Assembly (NCBI GenBank): GCA_963662275.1
Contig: OY759316.1
Span: forward strand, 448,001-512,000
Length of the DNA stretch: 64,000 nt
Reading direction: 5' to 3'
Source: Candidatus Cloacimonadales bacterium
Lineage (GTDB): Bacteria > Cloacimonadota > Cloacimonadia > Cloacimonadales > DAONDQ01
Shown here: piece after piece, positions 52,243 through 62,865 of the stretch
How positions within the stretch are numbered: the first letter of the stretch is position 1
Layout: every line of letters begins with the position of its first letter
Program-made: the position numbers and the translations under genes
The notes under the pieces: generated by a model
The model's input: only the letters and a program-made list of their open reading frames with translations
Databases searched by the model: none
What the model was told of the DNA's origin: nothing

Positions 52243-52275
52243 ATTCCCCTCACTTGCTTTCAGGTGAGGGGAAAT
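52243..52275 (+). terminator. Hairpin downstream of the GlmL fusion
   Basis: TTCCCCTCAC-TTGCTTTCAG-GTGAGGGGAA. Confidence 0.55.
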
Positions 52276-52417
52276 TAAAGCAATTTAGACTAAAATATCT
52301 ACTGTGATGATGATTTCTCTTAAAAAAGGAAAATAAAACTTGTCACTTAAATAAGGTTATAATTTGATAACTTATTCAAAAAAATAGAGAATCCTGTTTG
52401 AAATGGAGAAGAAATTA

Positions 52418-52840
52418 ATGAAATGGATAACACATACGCATATTCATGTTGATAGAGCTGCCTGTCCTTGGCTGATCCAGAGGTTTGTTGATGCTCAAGC
52501 TGAATTTCTCTTTGTGGCAAAAGATATTCTCCTTGAAATGGCGGAAAAGGAAGATGCTATTCCGTACGATATTACGGGAGTGGATTTGGGGCACAAGGAT
52601 GGTCACTGTAGTTTTATTTCGATTATGAAAAAATACAGGATCAATGATCCAGCAGTTCTTAAGATTGCAGAAATTGTTAATGCTGCTGATACTCATGCTT
52701 TGGAATCAAATCCTTACGCACCAGGTTTGGAAGCAATCGCTTCGGGCTTTTCACTTTTGTTTCCTGATGACCATATGAATCTTGAACAACAATTTATTGT
52801 ATACGATGCCCTATATGCAATATTTAAAACGAAGCAATGA
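52418..52840 (+). CDS. ChrB C-terminal domain (ChrF-like) chromate-resistance protein
   Basis: MKWIT...HVDRAACPWLI.RFVD..AEF, H..GHCSF, APGLEA, YDALY. Confidence 0.85.
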   Translation: MKWITHTHIHVDRAACPWLIQRFVDAQAEFLFVAKDILLEMAEKEDAIPYDITGVDLGHKDGHCSFISIMKKYRINDPAVLKIAEIVNAADTHALESNPYAPGLEAIASGFSLLFPDDHMNLEQQFIVYDALYAIFKTKQ

Positions 52841-52888
52841 TCTGTTAAGTTGCGGAGCTTGATGGAATTTGATATAAATTTTTAAGGG

Positions 52889-54190
52889 ATGTTTATGCAC
52901 GAATTGACACCACTTCAAAAGCAGGCTAATGAGTTTAGAATTGTCGGTAATTATCGACAAGCCTGTATTATTTATGGAAAATTATGGAATGATACATCCC
53001 AGGACGCAGGTGATTGGGATGGCTGGGGTTTTGCTTTTTGCCTTCTTAAGTTAAAAAAATACGCTGATGCACTTACCATTTGTAAGCAGGTTCGTAGACG
53101 CTTCCCGGAATTCAATGGTATCCGCGGTGTCTATGCTTGGTCAATTTATCATACAGAATTGAAGAATCCTGAAATTAATGATGAGGAAAGATTTCTCAGC
53201 GCAGCGGACATGATCACGAAAATCACTACCCAGGATGATACCTTTTCACCTTACACTCACACGGTTCTGCATGTTTTACACTATCTTAGTGAAAGGAAAC
53301 CCTATCCTTCGGAAATGATTATCAATTGGACTGATAGATTGAATCCTGAGGCTCTCAGTATTGAACCATTCAAGTTTAAATCTGCTACTGGAAAACAAAG
53401 AGAACATTCTTCCCAGCGTGAAAAGTATTATTTATATCGGACAAAAGCTCTAAATCTTCTTCATAAGCATGATGAATGTATTGATGCATGTATCAAAGCT
53501 CTGCAGGAAATTACTAATTACCATGATGGTAATAAATTTTGGATACTGCGCCAGGAAGCAATTGCTCTACGAACGAAAGGTATGTTACAGGAAGCTGTGA
53601 TACGTTACCTGGAAATACTCAGAGATAAAAAAGATTGGTATGTTTTGAAAGATCTGGCAGAAATTCATATGACCTGGGAAATATGGGATGAAGCTCTTCA
53701 TTATGCGGTATCTGCTGCCATGGCTACCGGAGATGGAGATAGAAAAGCCATCGTATATGATCTCATTTCCAATATTCTTCAAAAGCTGGATAAACAATCC
53801 TTATCAGATAAACATATGGCATTAGCTTATATGATCAGAACCAGGAACCGTTGGAACATTATACCTGAAGTACAAAAAAAGTTTGCACCGATAATTTCTA
53901 GCTTCCCACCTGAAAAATCATTATATTCAGAACTTAGGAATTACTGGGAATCAATTCTGTATGGTAGTTCAAGTCGGATGAAAGGTAAAATTATCAACAT
54001 CCTTGCTAATGGGAAATCAGGCTTTATTGAAACTTCTGATGAAAAAACCTATTATTTCTCTTTCTTGAATGTCCAGGCACGAAAATATGAGATTCAGGCA
54101 GGGAAAACAGTTTCATTCAACCTGGAGGATAGCTTCGACAAAAAGAAAAAAGAGCCTTCTGTCGTTGCGGTTAATGTAAGGTTGGGATAA
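52889..54190 (+). CDS. TPR-like helical protein with C-terminal cold-shock (OB-fold) domain
   Basis: Helical repeats; C-terminal KGKI...GKSGFIE...YYF...G..VSF...AVNV. Confidence 0.7.
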   Translation: MFMHELTPLQKQANEFRIVGNYRQACIIYGKLWNDTSQDAGDWDGWGFAFCLLKLKKYADALTICKQVRRRFPEFNGIRGVYAWSIYHTELKNPEINDEERFLSAADMITKITTQDDTFSPYTHTVLHVLHYLSERKPYPSEMIINWTDRLNPEALSIEPFKFKSATGKQREHSSQREKYYLYRTKALNLLHKHDECIDACIKALQEITNYHDGNKFWILRQEAIALRTKGMLQEAVIRYLEILRDKKDWYVLKDLAEIHMTWEIWDEALHYAVSAAMATGDGDRKAIVYDLISNILQKLDKQSLSDKHMALAYMIRTRNRWNIIPEVQKKFAPIISSFPPEKSLYSELRNYWESILYGSSSRMKGKIINILANGKSGFIETSDEKTYYFSFLNVQARKYEIQAGKTVSFNLEDSFDKKKKEPSVVAVNVRLG

Positions 54191-54215
54191 GAATACTAAC
54201 AGATTTGGAGCTATT

Positions 54216-55202
54216 ATGTTAAAAATTGGTGTCGTCGGAGTTGGTCATTTAGGTCAGCACCATGCCCGAATATTTAAATCTATTGCATTTTGTGAACTCA
54301 CTGGAATTTACGATAAAAATGAAGAACGTGCCAGGGAAATTGCTGGTAAACTTGGGATAAAAGCCTTTCCCACTTATGAAGCATTACTTGATTCAATTGA
54401 AGCCGTCGATATTGCTGCCACAACAATTTATCACTATGATTTAGCTAAACAAGCCTTGGAACACGGGAAACACGTATTTGTGGAAAAGCCAATCACAGCA
54501 ACAGTAGAACAGGGACGTGAACTCGTTGCTTTAGCAAAAGCAAATGATCTCAAAATTCAAGTCGGTCATATTGAAAGATTCAATCCGGTTGTGCTCAAAG
54601 TGGAAAAAGAAATTGATGAACCTATGTTTATCGAGTCTCATCGGCTTGCACCATTTAATCCGAGGGGAACAGATGTACCCGTAGTTTTTGATTTGATGAT
54701 CCATGACATTGATCTCATCCTTAGCTTTGTGAATAGTCCTTTAGTCGATATTCGTGCCAGCGGTGTGGGAGTATTAACGCCGAGTATTGATATAGCAAAT
54801 GCGAGATTGGAATTTAAGAATGGAGCAATTGCAAATGTTACTTCCAGTCGTATTTCTATGAAACGGGAAAGAAAGTTACGCTTCTTCCAAAAGGATGCCT
54901 ACATTTCTATGGATTTCCAAGGACAGAAGGTTTCTGTTTTGCGTAAAGCAGAAGGATTAAATAAAATACTTCCGGAGATATTATTAGGAAATACTGACTT
55001 TTCACCTGAAGACCTTGTGGATATGCAACAATATGATTGTTCAAAACCAGAAAAAGATGCTCTGACCATGGAATTGGAATCATTCGTTGATGCCGTTTCC
55101 AATAATAAACAACCCATAATCAGCGGTGAAGATGGACTACGTGCATTAGAAGTAGCGATGCTGATCATGGATAAAATCAATGCAAATTTGAAATTGTTAT
55201 AA
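54216..55202 (+). CDS. Gfo/Idh/MocA oxidoreductase (GnnA/UDP-GlcNAc 3-dehydrogenase-like)
   Basis: GVGHLGQHH, HVFVEKP, VGHIERFNP, DLMIHDID. Confidence 0.85.
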   Translation: MLKIGVVGVGHLGQHHARIFKSIAFCELTGIYDKNEERAREIAGKLGIKAFPTYEALLDSIEAVDIAATTIYHYDLAKQALEHGKHVFVEKPITATVEQGRELVALAKANDLKIQVGHIERFNPVVLKVEKEIDEPMFIESHRLAPFNPRGTDVPVVFDLMIHDIDLILSFVNSPLVDIRASGVGVLTPSIDIANARLEFKNGAIANVTSSRISMKRERKLRFFQKDAYISMDFQGQKVSVLRKAEGLNKILPEILLGNTDFSPEDLVDMQQYDCSKPEKDALTMELESFVDAVSNNKQPIISGEDGLRALEVAMLIMDKINANLKLL

Positions 55203-55215
55203 ATGAGGTAATCTA

Positions 55216-56511
55216 ATGCAAACAGCATTTGTAAAAGACTTGGCTCAATATATTGGACAGGAAGTAGAATTGAAGGGTTGGGTGCGTAACGTACGCAGCA
55301 GCGGTAAATTACTATTTATCATCTTTCGAGATGGTACCGGTGATGTCCAGGCAGTTGTATTTGGTCCCGGTATCGGGGAAGTGAAATTCAATGAAGCCAA
55401 AAAGCTAACTCTTGAATCTTCTGTTATCATTCATGGTCATGTAAAAAAGCACCAAAAGCTTGAAAGTGAATACGAGATTGATGTTACAGATGTGAAGATT
55501 GTCCAGATTGCTGAAGATTATCCCATTGCCAAAAAAGAGCATGGACCAGATTTCCTTCTTTCCAACCGGCATCTATGGCTGCGTTCATCAAAGCAATGGG
55601 CAAACCTCAGAATACGACATACCGTCTATTTTGCTATCTGTGAGTATCTGAATCAGAACAATTTCATCCGCTTTGATTCACCTATTCTTACTCCGAATGC
55701 TTGCGAAGGTACAACCACCCTTTTCGAACTTGATTATTTTGATGAAGGCAAAGCCTATTTATCACAATCCGGTCAATTATACCTGGAAACAGGTATCATG
55801 AGTTTTGGTCGTGTCTATGACTTCGGTCCTGTCTTTCGAGCAGAACGCTCTAAAACACGTAAACATCTCACTGAATTCTGGATGATGGATGCAGAAGCTG
55901 CCTATGTTGAACATGCAGAGAATATGCAGATACAAGAAGGTTTGATTCGCTTTGTGATTCGAACAGTACTGGAGAAATGTGCTAAAGAACTGGCAATTTT
56001 AGAGCGTGATGTTGAACAATTGAAGAAAGCTGATGCACCTTTCAAGATCATGACCCATTATGATGTGGTTGAATACCTGCGTTCCAAGGGTTCTGAAATC
56101 TCTCACGGTGATGATATGGGTGCGGCAGATGAAGCAATGCTGACAGAAGGTTCCGATGTACCAATCTTCATAGAGAAATGGCCCAAAGAAATAAAAGCTT
56201 TTTATATGAAGCGTGATCCAGACAATCCGAATGTTGTTCTAGGTTCCGATCTAATCGCACCGGAAGGCTTTGGAGAAATCATCGGTGGTTCCCAGCGCGA
56301 AGATGATCACGATCTGCTCCTCGGTCGTATGCAGGATGATAATATGTGTATTGAAGATTACCAGTGGTTTCTTGATCTCCGCAAATACGGCTCTGTCCCT
56401 CACAGCGGATTTGGTATTGGACTGGAACGCCTGACCCAGTGGATGAGCGGAACTCAGCATATTAGGGAAGTAATTCCCTTCCCCAGGATGATCTATAGGA
56501 TTTATCCATAA
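55216..56511 (+). CDS. asnS: Asparagine--tRNA ligase
   Basis: GWVRN.RSSGK, RHLWLR, YLSQSGQLY, FRAE.SKTRKHLTEFW, PHSGFGIGLER. Confidence 0.93.
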   Translation: MQTAFVKDLAQYIGQEVELKGWVRNVRSSGKLLFIIFRDGTGDVQAVVFGPGIGEVKFNEAKKLTLESSVIIHGHVKKHQKLESEYEIDVTDVKIVQIAEDYPIAKKEHGPDFLLSNRHLWLRSSKQWANLRIRHTVYFAICEYLNQNNFIRFDSPILTPNACEGTTTLFELDYFDEGKAYLSQSGQLYLETGIMSFGRVYDFGPVFRAERSKTRKHLTEFWMMDAEAAYVEHAENMQIQEGLIRFVIRTVLEKCAKELAILERDVEQLKKADAPFKIMTHYDVVEYLRSKGSEISHGDDMGAADEAMLTEGSDVPIFIEKWPKEIKAFYMKRDPDNPNVVLGSDLIAPEGFGEIIGGSQREDDHDLLLGRMQDDNMCIEDYQWFLDLRKYGSVPHSGFGIGLERLTQWMSGTQHIREVIPFPRMIYRIYP

Positions 56512-56555
56512 ATGTAAGGGTAAACTTATAAGTTTACCTAATAAGTAAGTTCGAT

Positions 56556-57092
56556 ATGAAATTACTGATCCATACTTGTTGCGCACCCTGTCTTGCAGCC
56601 CCCCTGAAGCATGTGCAGGAGCAAAAGAACATTGATTTCACCATATTCTGGTATAACCCAAACATACATCCTTATTTGGAATACAAGCATCGATTAGATA
56701 CACTCAAACAATTTGTAGAAAAATACAACCTTCCTGTGATATATGAAGATGTGTATGGTCTTGTGCAATTCACACGTGCCGTGTCCGGTGCTGAAGCAGA
56801 ACGTTGTGATTATTGCTATGAATCAAGGCTGCAGGAAACAGCTAAGCTAGCAAAAGATAAGCAATACGAGGCGTTCACTACCACGCTTTTATACAGTAGA
56901 TACCAAAAGCATGATCGTATCAAGGAAATTGCAGAATCAGTGGCTAAACAGTATGGTCTTCAGTTTTATTACCAGGACTGGCGGATATACTGGCAGGAAG
57001 GGATTACCATCTCCAAAGCTGAGGAGATGTATCGTCAGCAATATTGCGGATGCATCTATAGCGAAATGGATAGATATAAACCCTCAAAGTGA
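56556..57092 (+). CDS. queH: Epoxyqueuosine reductase QueH
   Basis: HTCCAPC, YNPNIHP, RCDYC, YRQQYCGC. Confidence 0.93.
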   Translation: MKLLIHTCCAPCLAAPLKHVQEQKNIDFTIFWYNPNIHPYLEYKHRLDTLKQFVEKYNLPVIYEDVYGLVQFTRAVSGAEAERCDYCYESRLQETAKLAKDKQYEAFTTTLLYSRYQKHDRIKEIAESVAKQYGLQFYYQDWRIYWQEGITISKAEEMYRQQYCGCIYSEMDRYKPSK

Positions 57093-57152
57093 ATGTTTAT
57101 TCATAACCATTAGATCGAGATTTGGGTAAATCTTAGGAATAAGATTTTATGA

Positions 57153-58532
57153 TTAGTTTTTCAACTTTTCCAGTAACTCTGGTAGGATACTATCCTTCAC
57201 ATGTTCCAGGGCATTCTCATATGCTTTGATACCTGCTTTTGGTACATCGAGATTAATGCCCTTAACATTAGAAAGAGCATTCTTATATATTTCTGCATCG
57301 GCAGCAAGGGAAACCAGTGAGATATTCACATCCACAAACGCAATATACATAGTGTTTGTTGGAGTTGGATGAATTGCAGAACCTTCCCTGGTATTCGCAG
57401 TTATTTTAATTATATAATCAGCATCTTTTATTGAATTTGAAAAGTGATAGCCTCTTGCTGCTAATGTTTCTTTTACTTTAGGCTCAATGATGGGCATAGC
57501 TAGGGGTTTATCAAACATGGATTCATTCGTTTGGATGCAGATGATCAATGGACTGACGGAAAGGTAAACCATTTGTTCGGGAACCGGCATTGTTTTCAGG
57601 ATGGCTTTGAAGATAACTGAACTGCTGTCAGCATTAATCAGTTTTGGCATATCAATTGCAGTTTTCAGGATTTGGACATTATCTTCAGTTCTTACTTTAT
57701 TAATACGAATTTGAGCGATCCCCTTCTCATCCGTGATTGAATTAGGAATGAAATCCAATTCACCTTTATTCAGTATGGATATGAGGGGTAGGTTTTGGAT
57801 GTAGACAATTTTATTATCTTTAGAGAGAAAACGTGCAATAACGGCTGGACTCGGGCTTACAGCTAATCCTATTTTTGCTGCCCAGCTTTTTTTATCAACT
57901 GCAAGTTGTATTTTGGAGATTGTATTCTGTAATGAAGAATAAATCTCATTTCCCAGGTAGATGGATTTTCCCTCATACTCTGTTTGCAATGACTCACCAA
58001 AGTAATCTTCAATCGGTCTGATTGCTTGGTAATAGTAGCGGATTGCTTGGGTAATATCACCGTCTTTTTCACTATTTTTTGCTTTCGTGTAAAAATCGAG
58101 AGCTAAGTTCATGGCTTTTTGTCGAATATCAAGCATTTGCCTTACATAGACAGGTTTCGATAAGTCGTAATATACCCAGTATTCTGTTTTGCTTTCATAT
58201 GTATCAATCAGTTCATAACCCGTTAATTGTGCTTGAGTACTTGTACGGATTTGAGATTCGATCTCTTCTTTGACGATACCGGATTTCTCCATGACTTCAC
58301 TGAGTACTTCACTGTTTACCGTTACTTGTATTCCTGATGAAAGATCCTTGAGAGCATTATCCTGGGCGATTTGCAGATAATCCCGATTCTTTGAACTCTT
58401 CATTGACATGCCAATACCAATATAGTATCCTTCCTTTACAGGTCTCTTCTTTACCCAATCGGGAATACTCTCCGCACATAAAAAAGAGATCATTATCAAT
58501 ATCATGCTAATAAGAGTTATTCGTAGAGACAT
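57153..58532 (-). CDS. LPP20-domain exported protein
   Basis: Signal peptide; P.WV...YYIGIG...A..NALKDL..I.V.V. Confidence 0.7.
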   Translation of the reverse strand: MSLRITLISMILIMISFLCAESIPDWVKKRPVKEGYYIGIGMSMKSSKNRDYLQIAQDNALKDLSSGIQVTVNSEVLSEVMEKSGIVKEEIESQIRTSTQAQLTGYELIDTYESKTEYWVYYDLSKPVYVRQMLDIRQKAMNLALDFYTKAKNSEKDGDITQAIRYYYQAIRPIEDYFGESLQTEYEGKSIYLGNEIYSSLQNTISKIQLAVDKKSWAAKIGLAVSPSPAVIARFLSKDNKIVYIQNLPLISILNKGELDFIPNSITDEKGIAQIRINKVRTEDNVQILKTAIDMPKLINADSSSVIFKAILKTMPVPEQMVYLSVSPLIICIQTNESMFDKPLAMPIIEPKVKETLAARGYHFSNSIKDADYIIKITANTREGSAIHPTPTNTMYIAFVDVNISLVSLAADAEIYKNALSNVKGINLDVPKAGIKAYENALEHVKDSILPELLEKLKN

Positions 58533-58545
58533 CGAGTTCTCCTTG

Positions 58546-58572
58546 TGGAGCAGGAACAGCGTCCTGCTCTAC
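58546..58572. repeat. REP-like hairpin
   Basis: gtggagcaggaacagcgtcctgctctac: GTGG followed by a GAGCAGGA/TCCTGCTC stem. Confidence 0.6.
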
Positions 58573-58584
58573 AATCAATCAATT

Positions 58585-59739
58585 TTATTTAAAATACACA
58601 ATTCCTGATAAATACATGGTCGAATTGGAGTATTGGGATTTAAAATAGTTTCCTATTTTTTGCTCATAAGCTCTTCCAGTGATTGTTAAATCAAAGGAAA
58701 AACGATCTGTAATAAAACCGGTACCAATGGCAACTCCTGATCCAATAACCTGATCCTTGCGTGAAGAAGTCTCCGTATCTAAATCAGATTCCCAATTGCT
58801 GTATATCGTAGGAACTGATTGGAGTCCTAATCGTAAGGGTATCCGAAAATTTGAGAAGAGCAGCAGGTATTCTCCACCCAACCGTAACTGATTTAAATCG
58901 TATTCTGATATTTTTGAAGATTCCTCGTCAATATCTTTGTTTACTAATTTGCTCTTCGAATACTGGCGATTTTCTATATCTAATGCTAATGTGAAAGTAT
59001 CTCCAAAACGGTAGGAAGTACCTATACCAACCATCAATGGCATGGAAAGCTTATAATTAGAATCCGTTTCACCAGTAGCTGTGGTTTTTTCATTCAAGTC
59101 AAAAGGAGTGCGGATTGTCAGTCCTAGTTTTAAGGGAAGAGGTTTTGAACTTGAAGAAAAATCAGCCATTCCTCCAACAACAAAATTAAAACCGGAATAC
59201 TTACTTGTCCCATTATACAGATCCTCTGGATCAGTATTTTTGCTTTTCATACTTCCTGTCCAAACATTCCCGGTCAATCCAAAGGAAAAAAGCTTGCCCA
59301 GTGGCATTGCAGCACCAATAGAGATAGCGTTAATTCCACCTGAACGTTCTTGTGTATCTTGCTTGTAATAGCCGTCGATTTCCTGTTGCCAAGCCAATGC
59401 TCCCACGATTTTATTCTTGTTCAAGGGAGAGGCAAAACTGAGAAAATCCAAAGCGCCATGTGTCTGAGTTAAAGTAGCAGAATATAATGTTCCTTTGTTA
59501 TCGATCTTTGTCTCTTCTGATACTAGTTTACTTACAATGGATGCTTCTGGCTTTTCCAGTTGAGTCAATCCCGCCGGATTCCAAACAATTGCAGTAGCAT
59601 CGTCAGCAACACCAATAAAAGCACCACCAAAACCAGCAGCACGAGCACCTGCACCTGTGATATTCCAATCAATTTCTTGAGCTGCAAGTAGAGAAATACT
59701 CATGATGCAGAAAATGAAAACATACATCCTGATTTTCAT
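58585..59739 (-). CDS. OmpP1/FadL/PorV-like outer-membrane beta-barrel
   Basis: GARAAGFGGAF.GVADDATA..WNPAGL; amphipathic strands; aromatic C-terminus. Confidence 0.82.
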   Translation of the reverse strand: MKIRMYVFIFCIMSISLLAAQEIDWNITGAGARAAGFGGAFIGVADDATAIVWNPAGLTQLEKPEASIVSKLVSEETKIDNKGTLYSATLTQTHGALDFLSFASPLNKNKIVGALAWQQEIDGYYKQDTQERSGGINAISIGAAMPLGKLFSFGLTGNVWTGSMKSKNTDPEDLYNGTSKYSGFNFVVGGMADFSSSSKPLPLKLGLTIRTPFDLNEKTTATGETDSNYKLSMPLMVGIGTSYRFGDTFTLALDIENRQYSKSKLVNKDIDEESSKISEYDLNQLRLGGEYLLLFSNFRIPLRLGLQSVPTIYSNWESDLDTETSSRKDQVIGSGVAIGTGFITDRFSFDLTITGRAYEQKIGNYFKSQYSNSTMYLSGIVYFK

Positions 59740-59760
59740 AATATCTCCTTATAATTTGGT

Positions 59761-61188
59761 TTATTTTACGACGACTTTATCTCCTATCTGAATAGTACCT
59801 TCTTTATTTAGAATCTTGGCAATTGCCATCTTTTCCTGTACTTCTGCTACACTGATCTCTCCCATTTTCGTGACTTTTTTCCCGATAACCTCACCTGTTT
59901 TCGGATGCTTGATGACTTCTCCTTCCCTGAAAACGATCAATTTTGTGCCTTTTCGAAGACCATGAGCACTGCCGATATCCAAGTAGACCTGGTCATCTTC
60001 TGTATTGATGATACCACCTTCCACTAATGGAAGTGCATTATAGATCATAATAGCTACATTTTCGACAAGATGGTCAACATTACTCATTTCAGTATTTTGT
60101 GTGGAAGCATCCTTTGCGACAATTGTTTCTGCTGTTTCTGTGTCTATACAGCGTGCCGTCACTTTCACAAACCCCGTGGAATACGTGATACTGCCTAGAA
60201 TTATCATATCTGCTCCTACTAATTTACCTACTCTGGCAGCCGTATTCTCATCCACAACCCCCGACATTCCGAGGGTTTGTTCATTCATTATTTTATCCAT
60301 TGCATTTCTTTCTATCACCCGGAATCTGCGTAAGTTTACAAATTGGGTAATTAACTTCTCTGTCAATGAATTGGTAATATTCTGCCCTTCACCATTCATA
60401 GTGAACGGCATCACTGCAACTGCAAGTCGCGATCCAGCCTGTGTGACTTTAGAAGGATCATATGTAAGGGCACCTGCGGGTAGTTTTTCAGAAGCATTGA
60501 TTCTCTGTCTTTGGTCAGCAAGACTCTTTTTCTGTTTTTCCAAGTCTGCCTTTTGTCGATCCAAATCTGCTTGTTGCTTTTTCAGCTCTTTTTGTTCATC
60601 TGTGTTTATGGGTTTTGACTCACTTTTAGGTAATTTGGAAACTTCCGGTTTCATCTCTTTGGGGTTTTCTTCCACTTTGGGCTTTTCTATTTTGGAAGGT
60701 TTATTTAGGACAACGATCTTCTCGTCTGTAACACCTGCCCCAGGAGGTCTTGTAGCAACCACTTCAGCGGGTAAATCCGATGCTCCAAATACTTTTTGAT
60801 AGTATTGCTCAGCCTCAGGTGTTCTATAATAAGCAAGGGAAAGATCTAATTCTTTTTTTGCCAGAGATGATTCACCCAAGTAGTAATATGCAATCCCCAT
60901 TTGTTGATGAGGAAAATACTTTATGAAATGAGTTCCATAAGTACGTTTGGATACTTTATCTTCAAATTCGAGTGAAGCTGCACTTTTGAACTCAGTGATG
61001 GCACGTTCCCAATCCTGTTGCTGCATATACTTTAATCCACGATCATAATAAGTATAGAACTTGTCTTGAGCATTCAATGTCCCAAGGAAAAATGTAAAAA
61101 GCAGAATGAAAAAAAGTATATAAGACAATCTGTGAAACAGGTACCTGTGTGAGAAAATAACCATATTATTCCCCTTCATTACCAGCAT
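59761..61188 (-). CDS. TPR + coiled coil + CsgG/HfaB-like + FlgT C-terminal-like protein
   Basis: TPR pair; RLAVAVMPF, RFRVIER, GKLVGAD..ILGSI; VYLDIGS..GL..G, HPKTGEV.G. Confidence 0.75.
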   Translation of the reverse strand: MLVMKGNNMVIFSHRYLFHRLSYILFFILLFTFFLGTLNAQDKFYTYYDRGLKYMQQQDWERAITEFKSAASLEFEDKVSKRTYGTHFIKYFPHQQMGIAYYYLGESSLAKKELDLSLAYYRTPEAEQYYQKVFGASDLPAEVVATRPPGAGVTDEKIVVLNKPSKIEKPKVEENPKEMKPEVSKLPKSESKPINTDEQKELKKQQADLDRQKADLEKQKKSLADQRQRINASEKLPAGALTYDPSKVTQAGSRLAVAVMPFTMNGEGQNITNSLTEKLITQFVNLRRFRVIERNAMDKIMNEQTLGMSGVVDENTAARVGKLVGADMIILGSITYSTGFVKVTARCIDTETAETIVAKDASTQNTEMSNVDHLVENVAIMIYNALPLVEGGIINTEDDQVYLDIGSAHGLRKGTKLIVFREGEVIKHPKTGEVIGKKVTKMGEISVAEVQEKMAIAKILNKEGTIQIGDKVVVK

Positions 61189-61244
61189 GTATAATTTATG
61201 GAGATATTCTGATTATATTTTTATGAGTCAAGAAAAAAGACAAA

Positions 61245-61276
61245 ATAAAAACGCCGCATTACTGCGGCGTTTTATT
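61245..61276 (-). terminator. Intrinsic terminator
   Basis: AAAACGCCGCA-TTAC-TGCGGCGTTTT with an A-run on the left (U-run on the minus strand). Confidence 0.8.
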
Positions 61277-61284
61277 AGATGGTT

Positions 61285-62865
61285 TTATTTTACTATAATT
61301 TTATCCCCGACATGAAAGCGTCCGTTTCTGCTAATGAATCTTGCCGTGGAATTATTTGGCAGGAGATTATCGATATATACTTCACCGACTTTATAAATCT
61401 TTTGACCCAGGTATTCTCCTGTATAGGGATGGCGAACTGCAACACCTTCACGGTACACCACACATCTTGTACCAAGAAGAAGTCCATCATCGCTGCCAAT
61501 GTTCACATCAACTTCTTCTCCGTTAATATCTGTGATTGTACCTTCCGCTAACGGTAAGTCATTATAAATGAGAACTGCAAGATATTTCACTAAACGGTCA
61601 ATACTGTCAGAGTCAGTGTAATCTGATGTTGCCGTTTCAGTGATGATCGTTTCTCCTGTTATTGGGTCTATACCTTGGATAGTTAAAGTAAAATGATCTG
61701 AAGTCTCATCGATTGAACTCATCAGTACCATATCTGCACCTGCATATTTACCAAGACTTTTCGCAGAATATTGATCTGTAAGATCGTTTTCATTTATGTC
61801 ATTTCGAGACATAATCAGGTTGACAGTCCTGCTTGAAATGATATTAAAACGATGCAGATCAGTCAATGCAGCAATCAGATTATCTGCCAGGTTGCTATCG
61901 AAGTGTGTATTATCATTTTCATCAGTGAAAGGCAAAACAACTATAGAAAGACGTGAATCGACAATCACATAGTCTGTGGGATAATAGTAGAGATAATTAT
62001 GTGGGAAAGAATAATCTTCATTAAAACCTAAGCGAAATGAGAAGAATGGATAACGGTCATGCCAGTCATGTCTGCGTCTCCCGAAGTCATGCTGGTTGTA
62101 ATCATGATAATAGCCTCCTGAAACGATATGTTCGTGATTGTGGTTCCCGTGATTTTCATACCAGTTATAACCGTGATCATCAGGTATTTGAACGCCATGT
62201 GCATGAGGAGAAACATTTTCATCATGATGCTGTACTATTGCATCAGGTACCAGCGTACCCTGGTTAGACTGCTGCACACGATCTAAAGGTTTAGGAGAGA
62301 TCACATGTGGTCGTTGGTTTTGGTCACTTTGGATTTTTGTCTTGTTATCCTTCGTTTCTGGAACGGGAGTATTTACTTCAGTTTTCGGTTCGACCCGTGT
62401 TTTGTTATTGATGGAGTTATTTTGTTTCTCAGGAACTGATGTACTTGGTTTTACATTACTATTTGTTCGGCTGCTGTTACTTGGTTGTTCTTTTTGTGGT
62501 TCAATCTTTTTTGTACTTTCCCCGACAGCTTTTTGTGATTCTATCTTTTTTGTATTCTGTTCATCTGCTTTTTCCGAACTATTAGAGTTTTCCTTTACTT
62601 TAGCCTTCTTTCCAGCTTGTTCTAAAGCTTTGTCTTCCTTTTCCTGCTTTTTATCCTTTATTTGCTGCTGGTCACTTTTATTAGACTTGGCGATGATTTG
62701 CATATTATCGCTGGAATTTGATTTAGGTGCAGATGAGACATTGTTCTTATCACTCTGCGCGTATAATGAATTATATAGAAATAAGGTCACTAATATGATC
62801 ATGACAGTCATATATAGCTTGATCATATTCATTGAACGCACTTCAATCAAATTTGAGGTAAACAT
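61285..62865 (-). CDS. Exported protein: low-complexity K/Q/S/N region, His/Tyr-rich segment, CsgG-like + FlgT C-terminal-like domains
   Basis: C-terminal half is paralogous to 59761-61188 (IVVLPF, GKYAGAD, LIYNDLPL.EG, HPYTGE.LG, GDKIIVK). Confidence 0.72.
   Translation of the reverse strand: MFTSNLIEVRSMNMIKLYMTVMIILVTLFLYNSLYAQSDKNNVSSAPKSNSSDNMQIIAKSNKSDQQQIKDKKQEKEDKALEQAGKKAKVKENSNSSEKADEQNTKKIESQKAVGESTKKIEPQKEQPSNSSRTNSNVKPSTSVPEKQNNSINNKTRVEPKTEVNTPVPETKDNKTKIQSDQNQRPHVISPKPLDRVQQSNQGTLVPDAIVQHHDENVSPHAHGVQIPDDHGYNWYENHGNHNHEHIVSGGYYHDYNQHDFGRRRHDWHDRYPFFSFRLGFNEDYSFPHNYLYYYPTDYVIVDSRLSIVVLPFTDENDNTHFDSNLADNLIAALTDLHRFNIISSRTVNLIMSRNDINENDLTDQYSAKSLGKYAGADMVLMSSIDETSDHFTLTIQGIDPITGETIITETATSDYTDSDSIDRLVKYLAVLIYNDLPLAEGTITDINGEEVDVNIGSDDGLLLGTRCVVYREGVAVRHPYTGEYLGQKIYKVGEVYIDNLLPNNSTARFISRNGRFHVGDKIIVK

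Noticed and set aside
51449..52243. Long antisense ORFs (this 264-aa one, also 60101-60799, 62342-62884, 45005-45478)
   Set aside because: They lie opposite well-supported genes and have no recognisable motifs; treated as shadow ORFs
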